Positions 33,831-34,890 of a DNA stretch of 34,890 bases are shown here, piece after piece. The first letter of the stretch is position 1. Every line of letters begins with the position of its first letter. The stretch spans positions 1-34,890 of the forward strand of contig FLMG01000104.1 of the NCBI GenBank assembly GCA_900088475.1. Direction: 5' to 3'. The DNA comes from Hyphochytrium catenoides. Taxonomy: Eukaryota > Protista > Hyphochytriomycota. The notes beneath the pieces were generated by a model. The model was not told the origin of the DNA and searched no databases. It saw only the letters and a program-made list of their open reading frames with translations. The position numbers and the translations under genes are program-made.

Positions 33831-34414
33831 GAGATAGATAGAGAGAGAGAGAGAGAGAAAGAGGGGGGAGAGAGAGAGAGAGAGAGAGAGAGAGATATGA
33901 GAGATGAGAGAGAGTGAGAGAGAGAGAAAGAGAGAGATGTAGAATAAGAGCGAAAGAGAAAGAAAGGGAGATCTGTTAGCCCTAATCCTACTAACCCTAA
34001 GGAAGCATAGAACTGAACGAAGCCAAGATACCAGAAGACCCAACCATTACTTCCTGTAGGCTCTCTTTTATATGAAAAATTACCAATGAGAGGACGATGA
34101 AAGGCTGAGAGAATGGAAAGAAGAGAGGCAGAGAAAGAGAAAGGAGGTGCTGAGAGAGAGAGAGAGAGAGAGGAAGGAGAGAGAGAGCTAGATTCGGAGA
34201 GGGGATGAGAAAATGAGAGAGAGAGAAGGGAGAGAAAGACTAAAGAAAGGTAAAGAGAAAAAGGGGGAGAAAGAGAGGAGAGAAACGAACAGAGATGAAG
34301 ACACATAGCAAGACTAAGCGAAAAGAAAAGAGGTGAGGGAAAGAGAGACAGAGAGACAGAGAGAGAGAAAGACGAAAAGAGAGTTGTCAGACATGCTGAT
34401 AATGGGGAAAGGCT
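33423..34414 (-). CDS. Possible 3' exons of a spliced membrane-protein gene (34414-33996 and 33765-33423); 5' part unresolved
   Basis: Complex segment FHRPLIGNFSYKREPTGSNGWVFWYLGFVQFYASLG joins in frame to ASPGLRSDPRKAKLL...WREDVLE* through a CT-rich GTTAGT...CTACAG intron (33995-33766, phase 2). An upstream CTAAC, pyrimidine tract and AACAG acceptor lie at 34415. Much of the exon is low complexity and no family is recognised. Confidence 0.33.
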
Positions 34415-34890
34415 CTGTTTGTCGGAGAGAGAGAGAGAGGGAAAGAGAGAGAACTCAAGGAGAGAGAAAGGAAGAGAGTTAGCGGAGGCCAACGGGCAGA
34501 GGAGAGATTAACGGCCTTTCATGCTCTGTCTACCGTTGTCTCCAGGTTGTTGTACGGCTGCCGCGACCATTTGATGCTCTCCTTCCCTCTTCCTCTCGCT
34601 CTCTTTTTCTCTCTTTGTCTCTGTCTCGCCTCTCTCCGTTTTTCTTTCTCTCTCTTGGTTGAACAAGGGAAAGTGAGGGAAGACATATAGGAGGGGAGAG
34701 TAGGACAGAGCGAGAAGACAAAGAAGGGAGATAGAAAGAGAGGGGCGGAGGAGGGAGAGAGAGAAAGAGAGAGAGAGAGATAAGAGACAGAGAGAAAAAG
34801 AGAGAGAGTGAGAGATAGAAAGAGAGGAGAGAGAGAAAGAGAAAGAGAGAAAGCGAGAGTAAAAGGAGAGAAAGAGAAAGAGAGAGAGAG

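Overview
Eukaryotic genomic DNA, probably from a protist (lineage cannot be fixed from sequence alone). It is saturated with (AG)n/(CT)n microsatellites, has GT-AG introns, and contains five assembly gaps (689-699, 3305-3350, 16831-16895, 18988-19030, 30558-30579). Most ORFs in the supplied track are microsatellite or antisense artefacts. Five genes are well supported: a secreted Cys-rich protein of tandem disintegrin-like repeats (2626-4160, -); two convergent, apparently intronless secreted helical proteins that look like distant paralogues (12971-14497 + and 15452-~16830 -); a three-exon CYP7-clan cytochrome P450 (23003-25564, -); and a type I membrane protein (30857-32287, +). A partial spliced gene may lie at the right end. 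Between the genes are microsatellite-poor blocks that read like decayed coding sequence with a C-to-T (CAG>TAG, CAA>TAA) signature. A ~200-bp inverted repeat pair (10822-11029 / 21156-21351) brackets the paralogue pair. Smaller structures are a GTAC-dense island, a telomere-motif tandem duplication, an imperfect hairpin and a minisatellite. All alignments were done by eye; no database searches were run.
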